From: Callorhinchus milii
Taxonomy: Eukaryota
DNA: 64,000 nucleotides
NCBI RefSeq assembly: GCF_018977255.1
Contig: NW_024704755.1
Span: 620,001 to 684,000, forward strand
Direction: 5' to 3'
In this document: one piece after another, positions 1-17,174 of the stretch
How positions within the stretch are numbered: position 1 is the stretch's first letter
Layout of the letters: each line of letters opens with the position of its first letter
Made by a program: the position numbers and the translations under genes
The notes under the pieces: generated by a model
What the model was told of the DNA's origin: nothing
Database searches by the model: none
Seen by the model: the letters and a program-made list of their open reading frames with translations, nothing else

Positions 1-14
1 TCAAAATACAATTT

Positions 15-670
15 AAATTTACATTTTATATTGTGCCTTTCAGGTGAAGAGGACGTCCCAAGGCGCTAGAGAGTCGAAGGTTGATACCCGACCGGGAGAG
101 GGAGGTTGACCCAAAGGGGTGGGGGGGTGAGGAGAAAAGCCCAGTCAAAGAACAAGGTCTTGAGGGTGACCTTGAAGGAGGTAAGGAAAGGGGCAAGTCA
201 AAGGGATTTCAGGATGGAGTTCCAGAGGGTGGGGGCAGCTACATTGAAAGCCCAACCTCTGATAGTGGGTCAGGTACTTGAAACAAGCTAATGCCAGCTG
301 AGCGGAGGGAGCAACCCAGTTTGTAGGTTTTGAGGAGGCTAAAGAGATATGGTGGGATTTAAAGGTAAAGGCAAGGATTTTGCGGGAGAATGTAGATATT
401 CAAATGAAGAGGACCAAGGATAGAACCTTGAGTAATGGTGCAGAGAGGAGAAGCCATTTTCAGATATGAAGAGGAGATAGGTAAGAACAAAACTAAGAAA
501 GGACAGAAGCTTGATGGTAGATCTGAGATAATAGATGGTGGAGAAGGATAGAATGATTGACAATGTCGAAGGTGGCAGAGAGATCAAGAAAAACAAGGCA
601 GCAGAGAGAATCCTGGTCACAGATAGAGAGAACAAGATGAGAGAAATTAAAATCAAAAGAACTGCCATAC
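15..670 (-). mobile_element. LINE2-type 3' fragment
   Basis: Reverse complement of the L2-like tail (AGCGCCTTGGGACGTC..TGAAAGGC) plus a purine-rich decayed ORF2 end. Confidence 0.6.
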
Positions 671-837
671 CTTTTAAGTTAAAGTATTGGAGAGAAGGGA
701 CATGTTTATAGGAACTTGATCAAGTGCAAGGATTATTATTAATTATTATTATCATCATTGTCTGGTGAAGACAGGATTGTGATGGTTATGATCCTAGAAG
801 GCTATGATGCCATTCAAACAAATTCCAGCACAAGTCA

Positions 838-4834
<3,997 letters not shown>

Positions 4835-4864
<30 letters not shown>

Positions 4865-5404
4865 GCCGGTGCCGGTGCGGGCTGACAGGTCGGTGCGGGC
4901 TGACAGGTCGGTGCGGGCTGACAGGTCGGTGCGGACTGACAGGTCGGTGCGGACTGACAGGTCGGTGCGGGCTGACAGGTCGGTGCGGGCTGACAGGTCG
5001 GTGCGGACTGACAGGTCGGTGCGGGCTGACAGGTCGGTGCCGGTGCGGACTGACAGGTCGGTGCGGGCTGACAGGTCGGTGCGGGCTGACAGGTCGGTGC
5101 GGACTGACAGGTCGGTGCGGACTGACAGGTCGGTGCGGACTGACAGGTCGGTGCGGGCTGACTGGCCGGTGCCGGTGCGGACTGACAGGTCGGTGCGGTC
5201 TGACTGGTCGGTGCGGGCTGACAGGTCGGTGCCGGTGCGGACTGACAGGTCGGTGCGGTCTGACTGGTCGGTGCGGGCTGACAGGTCGGTGCGGGCTGAC
5301 AGGTCGGTGCGGGCTGACTGGTCGGTGCCGGTGCGGGCTGACTGGCCGGTGCGGGCTGACAGGTCGGTGCGGGCTGACAGGTCGGTGCGGACTGACAGGT
5401 CGGT
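4835..5404 (-). repeat. 18-bp GC-rich minisatellite (30 units plus five 6-bp inserts) overlapping the CES start codon
   Basis: Minus-strand unit ACCGACCTGTCAG(C/T)CCGC; the last two units read ACCGGCATGTCAGTCCGC and contain the ATGs at 4864 and 4846. Confidence 0.95.
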
Positions 5405-5409
5405 GCGGG

Positions 5410-5790
5410 TTTTAGTTGTTTGCACTTTCCGAGAATCAAAGCAATGTAAAGGATCAGTTTCTGAACCGCCCCCAAGTGAACCCGGAAGGTTCCGCCCGGT
5501 GACGGCCAACAAACAGCGGCTCTTGAACTGAGCGAAAGGGAAGACTTCCTTCGACCGGGAATCCGCAATATGTGTTTGAGAAAATTGCACAATTTCGGGG
5601 CAGTCACCGACCTCCGCAGCACCGGTCAGTGACTGAGGATCCGCGGCCACTGCTTTTATTGGGTGAGACCTCCTGTCAGTTGACAATCACATTCCGCTGA
5701 CGCTGCGGGAGACGGGGACGGGGATAGCAATCCGCACAGTGTGGCCCACGGACTTCAGTCTCTGGGGCTGAAGATGGCTGATCCAAGTGC
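5410..5790 (-). promoter_or_regulatory. CpG-rich putative CES promoter
   Basis: CpG-dense stretch immediately upstream of CES exon 1, with ETS-like CCGGAAG (~5481) and CCAAT/ATAAAA on the minus strand (~5653-5663). Confidence 0.5.
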
Positions 5791-8701
5791 TGTATAATTC
5801 TACAATCCTATGAGCGACCAATCCAATGCTTTGTTCTCTTTAAATTTGTCTCCAACCTCCTCCTTCCCTATGTCAATAGCTGCCATTCGATTCCCTAACT
5901 TCCCCTCACAGGCTGCAGATCATCCACCCCCCCCCCCCCCCCACCAGGCTCTGACCCCATCGCCCTCTTTGATCGGGACACCCTCCCACCCTCTACCCCC
6001 CCCCCTCCCCCCCCCCCACCCCACCCCACCCCACCCCTCCCACCCCACCCCTCCCTCATGCTCAGGTCCCCACATCTGACTGTTCAGCGCTTTCGAACGT
6101 CCTCCCGATGTGAAAGGCACTCCATGAATGTAATTTTGTTGTTGTTGTTGTACACCTAACTACACTATTATTCCTATTGTTTTAATTAGTCTCCTTTGTA
6201 AAAACAAACTGAGACAAAATATTGGTTCAGTATTTCAGGTACTTAATGATCTCCTGTGAGCTTGTTCCCTTCGTCACTTAGTGCTGCTATCCCTAACAGC
6301 GCTCTTAGACACAATCCTTCGTGAAGGGCGCTCTACTAATGCAAGTTGTTGTTGTACCTCGGCTATTCTTCTATTTCTAATATATGTAGAGAACACCTTA
6401 CTAGTTATTTTTATATTTTTTGATTTTTACTCACAAATCCTCTTTGCCATTCTAATTGTCTTTTTAACCTCTTTCCTAAGCGTGTGGTATACACTTTGCC
6501 TTCTCTGTTATCTGTTTTTGATTTTCATACAGACTTGTTTCTTAGATTCAGTTTTATCATCACTCCCTTATTCATCCATGGTATCTCATTGTTAGATAAT
6601 TTCCCTTTATTTCTCAATATAATATGCTTCTTCTGTGGCTTTCCTATTTCATGTTTAAATACTTTCCATTGCTGCTTAATGCCTTCATTTGCCAATTTAC
6701 TTTGTCTTGTTCATTTCTTTAGTGACTAGCGTTGGCAGTGGGTTTGTCCAAATGGGGCATGACAGCAAACTTGAAGCATCCTCACCTAAATTTCACACAC
6801 CTACATTTCCCAAACCGGGGAAGAGGGTAGCAGCCAGGTGATTTCCACCTCCACGACCACTCTCAAGAACACTTAACCTTCCCATCTTTCACCGTCCCTG
6901 AGTTTTGTTACTTTAACCATGTTTATGATGGGTATTTAAAATGCATTCTGTATTGAGTATAAAGCTTGTGGTGTTTTATTGCCTATTATAAATCTGTTTC
7001 AGTTTAAAATGCACTTCAAGACGAACAGCAGTTATTCAATCCGTCACAGTTAGTTTAACATTTGCATTTATACGGTCTGTTCAGTTTGAGTCTGAATATT
7101 TATTACACCACATATTTATTCAATGCTGTTAATATTTCCTTAATTTCTTGTCATTTCAACAAGTAATCCAGATGTGCAGCCAACTTTACTGAACTCTGAC
7201 TGCATTTCATTACTGATATCAGGTATGTACTCTTGGTCCAAATGGCCACTGTTGACTTTTCTGTGTTTTACATTTTTGGCACTGGTGTTTGGCTCTGGTT
7301 CCAGGCTGTGCTTTGTTTTTTATACCCTAAAGGACTCCCTTTCTGCTGTCCAATGTTTCCAGTTTTCTGATTCAGGAGTCTTTTGCTGGTTTTCCTTTTG
7401 CTACATTCCTTATTCTTCCTGGGATTCGGTGATTTATGTTTTCAATCTTTTAACCAAAAAAGTGGCAATCAGCAATCAAGCAGATCAACATCTAAAACAC
7501 TACCAGGTCTGTTCAAGAATCGCAAGGCATTTTTATGATTTTAAAGAATTCCATTCCATCATTGACTCTGGTTCTGAGATGAGTTTTGCTGACCTGATTC
7601 CAGGTTATATTTTGCATACGTCTCTGTCTAGTGGTATTTATTCTGCTGTTTTTACTTAAAGTGGAGATTAAGTGGATGCTGAATTCTCGCTCTATGCCCA
7701 TTGACATAGTCTTATGCTTACATGATAGGTTACCGATTGTGATCATCTCATTGAACAGATTTTTAAGGAATAATCCTTAATTTAATGTTGTAAAATTCTA
7801 TATTCTGTATAATAATCTAAGCAACAAAAAGATAGCATTTATTATTTAATTGTTTAAATCATTTACAGTTTATAATGTACAATAATATGGTAACCAAGCC
7901 AACATGAAGATTAACCACCCAATTAACTATTGGAAGTTATCAAACCCATGCTGTTGGTGATGTGGGAATGCTGGATGGGATATTGTAAAAGGGAGCTTTA
8001 TTCTGCCTCTAACCTGAGCTGCAGTTGATCTGGGAGTGCTGGATGAAATAGTGGAAAGGGAGGTTTGCTCTATATCTAGCCTGAAGTGTAGTGTTAAACA
8101 GTATTTCAATGTTTGATATTGACACTGGATAAAACCCTTCCTTGGTGTTGTATACTTTGATAGCACTGTTTAGTGTAGGCTGTGTAGAGATTTGCTGTTT
8201 CACATATGCTACAAAAAGCTACATCTAGAAATATATTGGCCTGGTGGCTGTGGGGAACAACAAACGTTTGGAGAACTTAACTGGAAGAAGAATCCATACA
8301 ATAGTTCTGTGAAAGTTAACACAGTAAAGTTGCCTCCCCAGAAGGACAAGTGCTCTTACCTAATTCTCTTTGTCACAGGATGGCAAGAGACAGGTTTGGG
8401 GACCCCAGTGTGCATTGGGGTGGCTGCTGTAGTTTAAAGAGTCATAGAATTATACAACACATAAGGAGGCCATTTGGCCCATTGTGTCTGTGCCAGCTTT
8501 TTGAAAAGGGCTTCCAAATCAATCCCACTCTCTCCCCTAACCCTGTAAACTTGTCCGCCCCAAATAATTATCTATTTCTCACTTAAAAGTTGTTTAACCT
8601 GTTTTTGGCTTGTCCCCCCTCCCAGGAGCTTCTGTGATGTTGTAGCAATGACCAAGACATACTTCCTCATTCATTATTATTTATTTATTTTCAAATTCCA
8701 G

Positions 8702-11700
8702 CGAATCGTGAGATGCTGGAGCTGCTTTACACACGTACATCCAGCTTCTCCGCCTCTTGTATTCGCTGGAGGCTGAGGTGCGGCTGCTTACTGGAGCAGG
8801 TCTGGCCACCTTTGCCTTCAACAACATCAGCCACCAGTGAGCCATTGCACAGGCAGGTTGGGTCCTGTGGAAAACTCTGCAGCCACTCCTCCAGTTACAG
8901 AACCAACTATGTCAAGTCAACATTGCATTCCAGGTACTGCTAAACCATCTCACATCAGGCACCGCTCAGCCACATCATCAAATCTCTCAGAATAAACATT
9001 AAACAACATCAAACAACTTGCATTTATTCTACATCATAGCGCCCTTCATGTAGAATAAGGCCTCAGAGTGCTTTACAGTGGCAAGGGGGAGGTGACCATA
9101 GGCACAGTCAAAGCTACACCAAGAGCAGCTGTACGTATACCAGGAGCAATGTACTGCATCTGCTCCCAGGAGCCAGCTATGGACATACCCCATTAGGTAA
9201 GTGGGGCAGAGGGAGAGCCTGCAAACCACGGAGCCAATGGGTAATACATGCAATAAGCAGTGAATCAGGAATCTGCAGAAATAAGAAGCAGCTCGGAGTC
9301 TGTGATGTGTAGAGAGAGAGAGCGAGAGAGAACCACAGAAGCCACAAAGAACCTGGGTAATTCAAAACTGCCCAGAAACAATTGGTAAACAAAGGAACCA
9401 TTTGTGGATTTATTATGGCACCAATTCAATCTGTGTGGGACATAGTTGATAGGGCAGGGCTGTGTGGCACCTCCTTTATTCTCTAGTAGTGTCTCATTCT
9501 CCTGGTGAATATTGATCTAGCTAACAATCCGTAAGGATCAAGTTAAGAACCTTTAAGTGTGAATAATCTCTACCATACACAGCTCACGTAAGCATTGCAG
9601 ATTATTCCAATGGGCTGTTACTAAGGGTACTTCATTGGCTCATTTAATTTTTTTTAAAAGTCTTGCTACAAGTTGTGAAATACAAAGGTCAAACTTTTAC
9701 GGGTTGTGAAAGAGAGTAGGGTACAACATTATTAGATAGTGTGATGAAACAGTGCAAAGTCATCAATTAAATATTAACTGCATCAATAAAAACACTTCAC
9801 AGTAATCTGGAGCCCATGTCATAGGACTGCTTCAGTGGGTGAAATGTCAGATGTTCCACTCCTGAAGTCATAAGAGTTTTCCAAATTATAATGAATTTTC
9901 CTATGATGGGATAAGTTGCCCCACTTCCCAATTGCTGTTCTTTCCTTGTGCTCTATTCTTTCTCTTCAACTGTTTTCGATCTCACGTTTAAATGTTATGG
10001 TCTCAGCCACTTGTACCTACATCCTGGCAGTAAAACAAGAGGGCAGAGTTCAGGGTGTGAAGATCAACTTCAGAACAGATATTGGGAACTATATCTTTAT
10101 ACTGAGGGTAATCGGGATGTCCTCCTGACATGAAAGGCACTATACAAATGTAATCTTGTAATTGTTGTAATTTATAGCTGGAAAGGGTTACGAGGGAGGT
10201 GGTTAAAGCCAGACCCTGGACTTGTTTAAGAAATGGCTTGAAGCTGCAATGTCTTTACATAAGATTAAACCAAGAAGTGTTGGTATCAGTTTACAGCAGC
10301 AGATATATCTCCAAAGAGCAATCACATCAATGCAATTCTAAATATACCCTATCACAATATCTGGAACACAACACAGCATAGGTTCAAGTTTGCACCTTGG
10401 GTTGGATACGGCCATAATTAACTCCGAGAACTCGAATCCAGCCAGTCTGATTGGATAAAGGTCTCTTATTGCTATATGATATAATTCTTGCATTTGTCTT
10501 ATCACATCATTGAAACTTTGAAGAACTTAAAAGGATTTACTGTAGAGTGTAGTGATTGCTTATTTGTGGATGGAGACAACCTTCTGAATCGGAAGCAAGA
10601 GTACAACCAACTGAGGCAGGTTCAGGACTCAATGTAACTGAATATTATCCTTTCGCATCTGTGACACTGGTATAAATCCAGTCCAGATTGATGGATAAAT
10701 GTTTCCATTCATTGATGAGGAGTGTGCTGAACACATGCTGAATTAATCAGCAGGTCTGACACGCCCGAGACCAGAATAATATGCTACTGATAGTTACCTT
10801 AGAGATTGCGTGCAATATCATTAATTAGAAAGAACCATATCAGTATGTTTGTTTCGGGATAAAGATGCTTGTGGATGTGCTGGAACATTCCAAAGCAAAG
10901 GATGTGCTTGCCCTGGCTGTGGACTGTATCGCAAGACTGGTACGTACCAGAGCAGGTAACCTTGTCTGCTGAGAACAAAGCTATTTGCTCCCTGTAGAGT
11001 AAAATATATACGGTCAATTCACTTTACAGTCTATTCTGTGAAGCGCTTTGAGACATCAAGAAGATGTGAAAAGCACTATATCAAATGCAAGGATTATTAT
11101 TATTATTAAAATTGGAAACCAACAGTAAGATACCAGTCTGATGCTGAAATATATTGCGAGTTCAATGTAATTTTGGATCTGTTCAGGGTATGTCTGGAAA
11201 TTGATGCTGATAAAATGTGAACATAGCTCCTGACACCTCAGCTAAAATAAACAGTCACACTAACTCAATATTTTCAGGACATAGCTGATAGTGTCAGATC
11301 TGACAGCGCTCCACACAGCAACAAAAGATCATCTCTTTTGGTTTGTCCTTGATCTTGTGTTAATTTCCCAGCTGCTGATGAGCTATTGTGTTTGTGTCCA
11401 GGAGTTCCGGCTGCCATTGTGTCTGCAAATGTTGTGCATTTGCTGTGTGACCTCTTGTCCAGTCCTGAAGAGCAGGCCCAGGGCTCGGCCGCTATCGCCC
11501 TTGGCTTCCTCAGCTTCCACCACCAGGCGGAGAGGCAGTTGCTGAAACGGTAAGTAACTGAATGCAGTTCAGCATCACTGAGTCACATTCTAGCTTGCTT
11601 CAATTGTAAGACATCAGTTCATAGGCTGGCTCGATGGGCAGATGTCTGGGGTACAGAGCAGTGCAATGTTCTGGAGACTTGAATCAATTGTCACTGGTCA

Positions 11701-12393
11701 GGTTCCAATTAACTGGAAGCCCGAAAATGTGTTTCCCATATACAAGAAAGTTGACAGGACAATGCCTGGCAACTCCAGACCCTTTAGCCTGACCTCAATA
11801 ACGGTGAAACTGATGGAGTTAATGATTGGAAAGAAAATTGAATTTTACATCTATAAAAATGACTTGACAAATGTCTGCCAACATGGATTCAAAAGGAACA
11901 AATCTCGTCTGATCAACCTCATTGATGTTTTGAGGAGTTGACATCGTAAACTGACTGTAGGGGAAGCCATATATGGTACCTGTAGTATTTTAGGCTAGGA
12001 TGTGGGATGCCCTGCCAGAGTGATGATGATGCAGAATCTGTATTCATTTTCAAAAGAGAATTAGATAATTAAAAAGGGGTGAGTTACTGGGGTATGGGAA
12101 AAGGGCAGCTAAATGGGACTGAATGGATTGCTCTTAAAAGGGTAAAGACATGGGCTGAATGCTCTTCTGTGCTGTAAATTTCTGTGGTTCTGTGGAACAG
12201 GAATAGGGGCTATTCCTTAAATTATGACCGATTGTTTCATCCTGTCTGTTTACACTCCCTGTCTGTGAACTAGGTGCCGACTGGAGCTTCAGCTCATGAG
12301 GATCCTCCTTCACTACAATAGGCACCACAAGCTGGCCAGCACTTTCCTAGATAGATGGAAACACGTGAAGGAGTTGGGGCTCTCTCCTCTCTG
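8702..12393 (+). pseudogene. ANKAR-like (ankyrin and armadillo repeat protein paralog) 3' exons, disabled and 5'-truncated
   Basis: Exon 8702-8933 reads ..LLRLLYSLEAEVRLLTGAGLATFAFNNISHQ*..IAFQ, with a frameshift near 8735 and TGA at 8838. Exon ~10805-10955 has TAG at 10826, then GIKMLVDVL..DCIARLVRTRAG. Exon 11402-11549 reads GVPAAIVS..LCDLLSSPEEQAQGSAAIALGFLSF..LLKR. Exon 12274-12393 reads CRLE..FLDRWKHVKELGLSP. These resemble the ANKAR C-terminal armadillo region as I recall it (LTLFAFNN, AAFQ, IASLAHSRAGIP, ALGYLTY, LLKECR). Confidence 0.75.
11640..12180 (+). mobile_element. Decayed CR1-type LINE reverse-transcriptase fragment and 3' end
   Basis: ORF 11642-11941 reads VPINWK..VFPIYKK..PGNSRPFSLTS..KLME..QHGFKRNKS.LINL, typical CR1 RT motifs; a CR1-like 3' tail follows. 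Confidence 0.85.
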
Positions 12394-14084
12394 GTACGCT
12401 GAGGCAGTTCACACTTTAGAAAGGGAATTAGCCAAACATTTGAAAAGGAAAAAAAGACAATGGAGAAGGGGCTGAAAGAGCTACTCTTTCACACTGGACT
12501 GAATCATCTCCTTTCGTGCTGTAAAATAATCCCTCCAAAAAATAATAATTTGGTCACTCAATCCATGACTGTTCTGTAGGACACTGCTGTGTGCAATTGG
12601 CTGCTGTGTTTCCCCCACAAAATACACAGTCAATTCATTTTGCAGTATATCCTATGAAGCGCTTGGAGGCATCTCAATAACGTGATAGCTGTATCAAATG
12701 TAAGAATTATAATTATTGTTGTATAAAATTGTATGATTTGATGATTCAATGACCAACCCACAGCCTCCTGTAATTGATATGTAAGGACCCAGCATACTTC
12801 CCTGTGAAGTGCACAAATATTTTAATTGTACATGTTCCATTTCAACGGACAAGAAGATCAGCGTGCCTATCCCACTGGATCACAAGTCTTTATCTCAAGG
12901 CAAGGCGCCACCTGGTAAGATTTAATTATTGTACAGAATGAGTTAATTTGTTATGTCCAACTGTGCTGCTCACGGCAGTTTATTTCTCCAGTAAGCACAA
13001 GGTGTAGTTGCTGAGCAACTCTTGCTGCATCAACATGAGAACTTTTGAGTGTAAATGGATGCCTCTTCTGCAAACCTGAGACTGCAGCAGACCACAGTGT
13101 AACCATACTCCAGCAAAAGCCAGCACTGGAGGATCGCAGTAAACCAAACCACACACTAACGTACGTGGTAACAGAGAGCCACTGTCCCTGTGAAGAGCAC
13201 TACCTGCTTTATTTCTCGTGTCTTCCTTTTGATCTAACTTCTCGTCTTCCGCAGATTCTGATGGTTGTTTCATGACAACATTTGCAAAGTAGCAAAACAA
13301 ACAAAATATAGAAAGACATCACTAAAGGTATTCTATATCTTTAAACTTTTATTTACATGTTAAATTGATACTTTATTCAATCCCACAATGATCACCTCAT
13401 GAGTGAGACTATTGGAAAATGTGGTGTCGCCACCTGATGGCATGAAGGCACTGCTCAGAATCCACCTGGAAACCTGAGCAACATCAAACATTCCCAGACC
13501 TTCAATCTTAATAGTTACGTTAAAATGATTCAATCCTCCAAGGCAAGCCAATGATTTTTATTAACTGAAAAGATATGGGGCAATAGATTACTCTCAGAAT
13601 GTTTGTTCCCGTGATAACACAGGATTTGGTCACATAACCTAGGCTCTTACTGAGAATTTCCAGTATTGCATTATAATAATGTAAATCACACAATTGAATA
13701 CAGAGGTGACACAAGCTGTGATAGGCTATAGGAAGCGGTTGCACTACATGGCACTTCATAGCTGTGATCTCACCACCAGTAAAATCCAACTGTGGCCACG
13801 AACAGGGCTCAGGAATTGCTTCTTCCAACATCTTGTGGTCACCACTCCCAGAGGTTACTGTACAATGAAGCCACTGAGACTCCTTTAAATAATAAGGGGT
13901 TTCTACTCTCTCATTCTAGATCCACAAGACTTGCAATTAAGCAGCAATGTACTTACAGGCACTAACCATACCTTTTTTATAATCAGGTTTAGAAATTACA
14001 GGAAACAGAGACCAGAATCCATGTCATTTTCCTCCCCTTTCCCCATTCATTTCCAGATGCCACCAAGGAGCCTCCTCTTCTCCA

Positions 14085-16533
14085 TCACAATCTTCCCGAC
14101 AAACACTGATTGACAACTTCCAGCAAGTGAGAGTTTTCCAGAGCAGCAGCCACCCGCTCCTTGTCCGCCAGCTGTTTGTTGACTGAGAAACAGAACGAGA
14201 ATCTTCAGGAAAACATCAACTGCAAACCAGCACAAGGTGCATCTCACCAAAGCCATAAATTTGGAACATGCTACCCCAGAAATTCATTGAGGGATTCAAG
14301 GAGGTGGTGAAATACCTGGGAAGTAGAAACATTAAAAGGTGTGAGGAGAAGGCAGTGGGTTTAGGGAACGGGAGCGCTCAGTGCCATAGAATGATCTGTA
14401 GTGGAGAGGGCCTGGGGCTGAATGGCCTAAATACCATCGTTCAGACTCCCCACCCCGAGTACTAAGTAGTAGGCTTGTCACTAAAACATTTTAGAAATAT
14501 TAAAACAAAAACCTCTAATAGAGAACAGGTTTAAAAGCTTGAAGGTGGGTTTATGTTGGGAGTTTTTCAGAGTTGATTACCTGCTTGTTCCGAGGCATGT
14601 GTACCTGGCGTTATATGAACATCCACCTGCAGCAATAAGAGTTTACTGTTAGCTTGTACCATTGGTGACTGGGTGAAAAACTATTAAATGGGTTAAGAAG
14701 CAGCATTTTCCTCATAGATCTCAACTTACACTACAAACTTATACTACAATATAAATACCTATTTTGTTCAAGTTTGAGTTTTGTTCTTAGCCAGAAATAG
14801 AGAAGTCAGAGCCCAAGAGGATTTGGAAAGGAAATGGATAAATAAGTTGAGAAAATTGACATTAAAAGGCACAGGGAATGAGCAGAGGAATGGGATTAGT
14901 AGAAAGCTCCAGTGTGGGACGGGCTGAATGATGTCCTCCAGTGATTTAATCTTTCTAGGATTGCAGGAAACAAGCGTCATGTAGTCAGAACCTTTTCTAA
15001 TAATCAACTGCTTCTAATACTTCCTCCATTGAGGCCAGAAGTAGTGAGTCCTTAAAGCATTCTGTGGCTCAGAGCACTGGGGCTCCAACATCGCTGTACA
15101 CAGGAGTAGCATGTGGCAAGCTTGCCCTTACCTTGAACCGTTCAGGCAGTGATCGCAGCAGCTTCACTTTGATTGACAGGCCGATCAGTGTGGCCATACT
15201 GCAGTGAGGGATGGTGGGAGTGAAAGCCACTGTCACAGTGCTCTCCTCATCATTAACCTGTCAAAGGCAAAAAATACATGTCACTTTTCGCATCAGATGG
15301 GAGTTCCTCCACTTTCTACATTTCATCTCTCTCCCTCGAATTTTGTTTGTGTTTGGAGTTAGAGCCTCCCCATTGGGTGTGAGGAGTTAGGAGGTGAAGA
15401 TTCCCCAAATCACTTCTCCTACACCACTGATATTTCCATTTCCCACACTGAACATTTTTGTGAAAGCTGGAACTCAGGCAAGTATAAAATGGGCTGAGAC
15501 GTTTAGAGATGGTCAGGTTTAAACTCACACACAATTCTGATTGCAATCTCTTCAACTTTTAGCAAAACAATTTGGGGATATTTATAAAGACATTGGATTT
15601 AGTTCTTAATACAATAAATGTAACTAAATTGCATAACAATGGTATACGTTAAACTAAAGTCTGCCTGTTCTATCGTAACAGAATATTCTTTGAACCCTTT
15701 TCCTCAGAAGCCACTTACGTGGACCCTCACTGGCTCCACAACATTCAGCTCCTCGAGGCTGAGCGGATGTTCAGGATCATTGATTGATCGGATGAGATGT
15801 AGAATGTCAAGGAAAGATGCTGTACATTAGAATCAGCCGGTACGTTATTCCCCAGATACAGTCCGTGTATTAGTTTAGTTCCTGATCTCAATCAGGATTA
15901 CTGTCGACCCCAGCACTTAAGGTCCACAATTCAAGGCACTGACCCCCCAATGACACGTGGCCGATGTTTGCTCACAGTGAACGCTGGTCAGCACAGGGCA
16001 GTGCCTTCAGCATGAGATATATACTCAATAATAATAATAATCCTTGCATTTGATATAGGAGTTTAGTACGTCATCAAGACGCCCCCAAGTACTTCACTGG
16101 ATATATTTATAATGGAGTGACTGTGTGTTTTGTGGGCGAGAATGTTACAGAGCACAAACAGGTCTAACCCCCCCCCACCCCACCCCGCGTCTGCCAGAGA
16201 GACACAGAGCAATTCAGTCAGTGGGCCCGGGTGGGGCCCGGGTGGGGGGTGGGGCCCGGGTGGGGCCCGGGTGGGGCCTGGGGCCCGGGTGGGGCCTGGG
16301 GCCCGGGTGGGGGGTGGGGGGTGGGGCCTGGGGGGTGGGGCCCGGGTGGGGCCTGGGGTTCGGGTCCGGTTATTTCTGGTTGTTCAGTCGCTGCCTTTAA
16401 GGATATCGAAGATTTCTCTGTGGTCGATGGGGTCGGTCTCGGCCTCGTCCTCCTCCCGGGCGCTCGGGGGCCGGTCTTTGCTGCGCTGATAAACCAGCGG
16501 GTTGGCGTTCTCCAGCCGCGTCCCGGCCGCCAT
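14085..16533 (-). CDS. CIAO2B: Cytosolic iron-sulfur assembly component 2B (FAM96B/MIP18), 158 aa
   Basis: Exons 16533-16407, 15798-15719, 15257-15132, 14626-14581 and 14182-14085. Protein: [85 protein letters not shown]. Confidence 0.97.
15799..16406 (-). other. U12-type (minor spliceosome) AT-AC intron 1 of CIAO2B
   Basis: 5' end ATATCCTT, branch point TTCCTTGAC about 10 nt before the terminal AC; joining restores G|AT (Asp) in frame. Confidence 0.93.
16222..16365. repeat. G-rich tandem repeat (GGGCCCGGGTGG-like) in CIAO2B intron 1
   Basis: Repeated GGGG/GGGCCC runs are directly visible; G-quadruplex-prone on the + strand. Confidence 0.85.
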
Positions 16534-16550
16534 CTTTACCCGCGGCGCCG

Positions 16551-16654
16551 CTTCCGGCCCGCGCTGCCAATCACCCGCGACTTCCGGCCCGCGCTGCCAA
16601 TCACCCGCAGCTTCCGGCCCGCGCTGCCAATCACCCGCGACTTCCGGCCCGCGC
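16551..16654 (-). promoter_or_regulatory. CIAO2B proximal promoter/5' UTR: 30-bp unit repeated 3.5 times, each with ETS and CCAAT motifs
   Basis: CTTCCGGCCCGCGCTGCCAATCACCCGC(GA/AG) at 16551, 16581, 16611 and partially at 16641; YY1-like AAGATGGCGGC overlaps the ATG. Confidence 0.75.
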
Positions 16655-17174
16655 CGCTGTGACATTGCCCGCCCCCACCGCGGGAGGGCGCTAACACCGC
16701 ACAGCGAACGCCGAGGGTGCGGGACCCACAGTGGGCAGGAGGTGACGCTGTTCCCGGTAACAGTCGAACCGCCGTTATCTGACAGGAGCGGTTCCCGGGG
16801 CCGCGCGCTGAGCACAGCCGGTGTGACGGCAGTGACGGCAGTGTGTGACGCACAACCGGTGCCAAGGAAGGCAGCGGCCGGGGTTTACCGTCACAGCGAG
16901 TCGGTAACCGAGGCTCAGCGGTCACTCCAGGCGGACAGACCGGGCACTGGGCCCACACACACAGGGACAGGCCCTCGGCCGCCAGGAGCCGCTGTCTGTG
17001 TGTGTGTGTGTGTCTGTGTCTGTGTGTGTTTTACTGGGAAGTGTTTTGTTCGCCACTGCGGAGACATCGGGTGGAAATATTTGTGACTTAAATACTGGAA
17101 ATTGCCGTCAGGAGGTGGACCTGAGCCAAGAGGGGAGGAGACAGTGAGGGTCACAGCCAAGACTGCACAAGGCC

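Noticed and set aside
8838-8840. Selenocysteine or readthrough TGA in the ANKAR-like exon
   Set aside because: The same relic also has a frameshift, an in-frame TAG and missing 5' exons; CGA-to-TGA decay is simpler.
12780-13300. Additional terminal exons of the ANKAR-like gene
   Set aside because: A donor at ~12914 is plausible, but I could not recognise homology or fix the frame.
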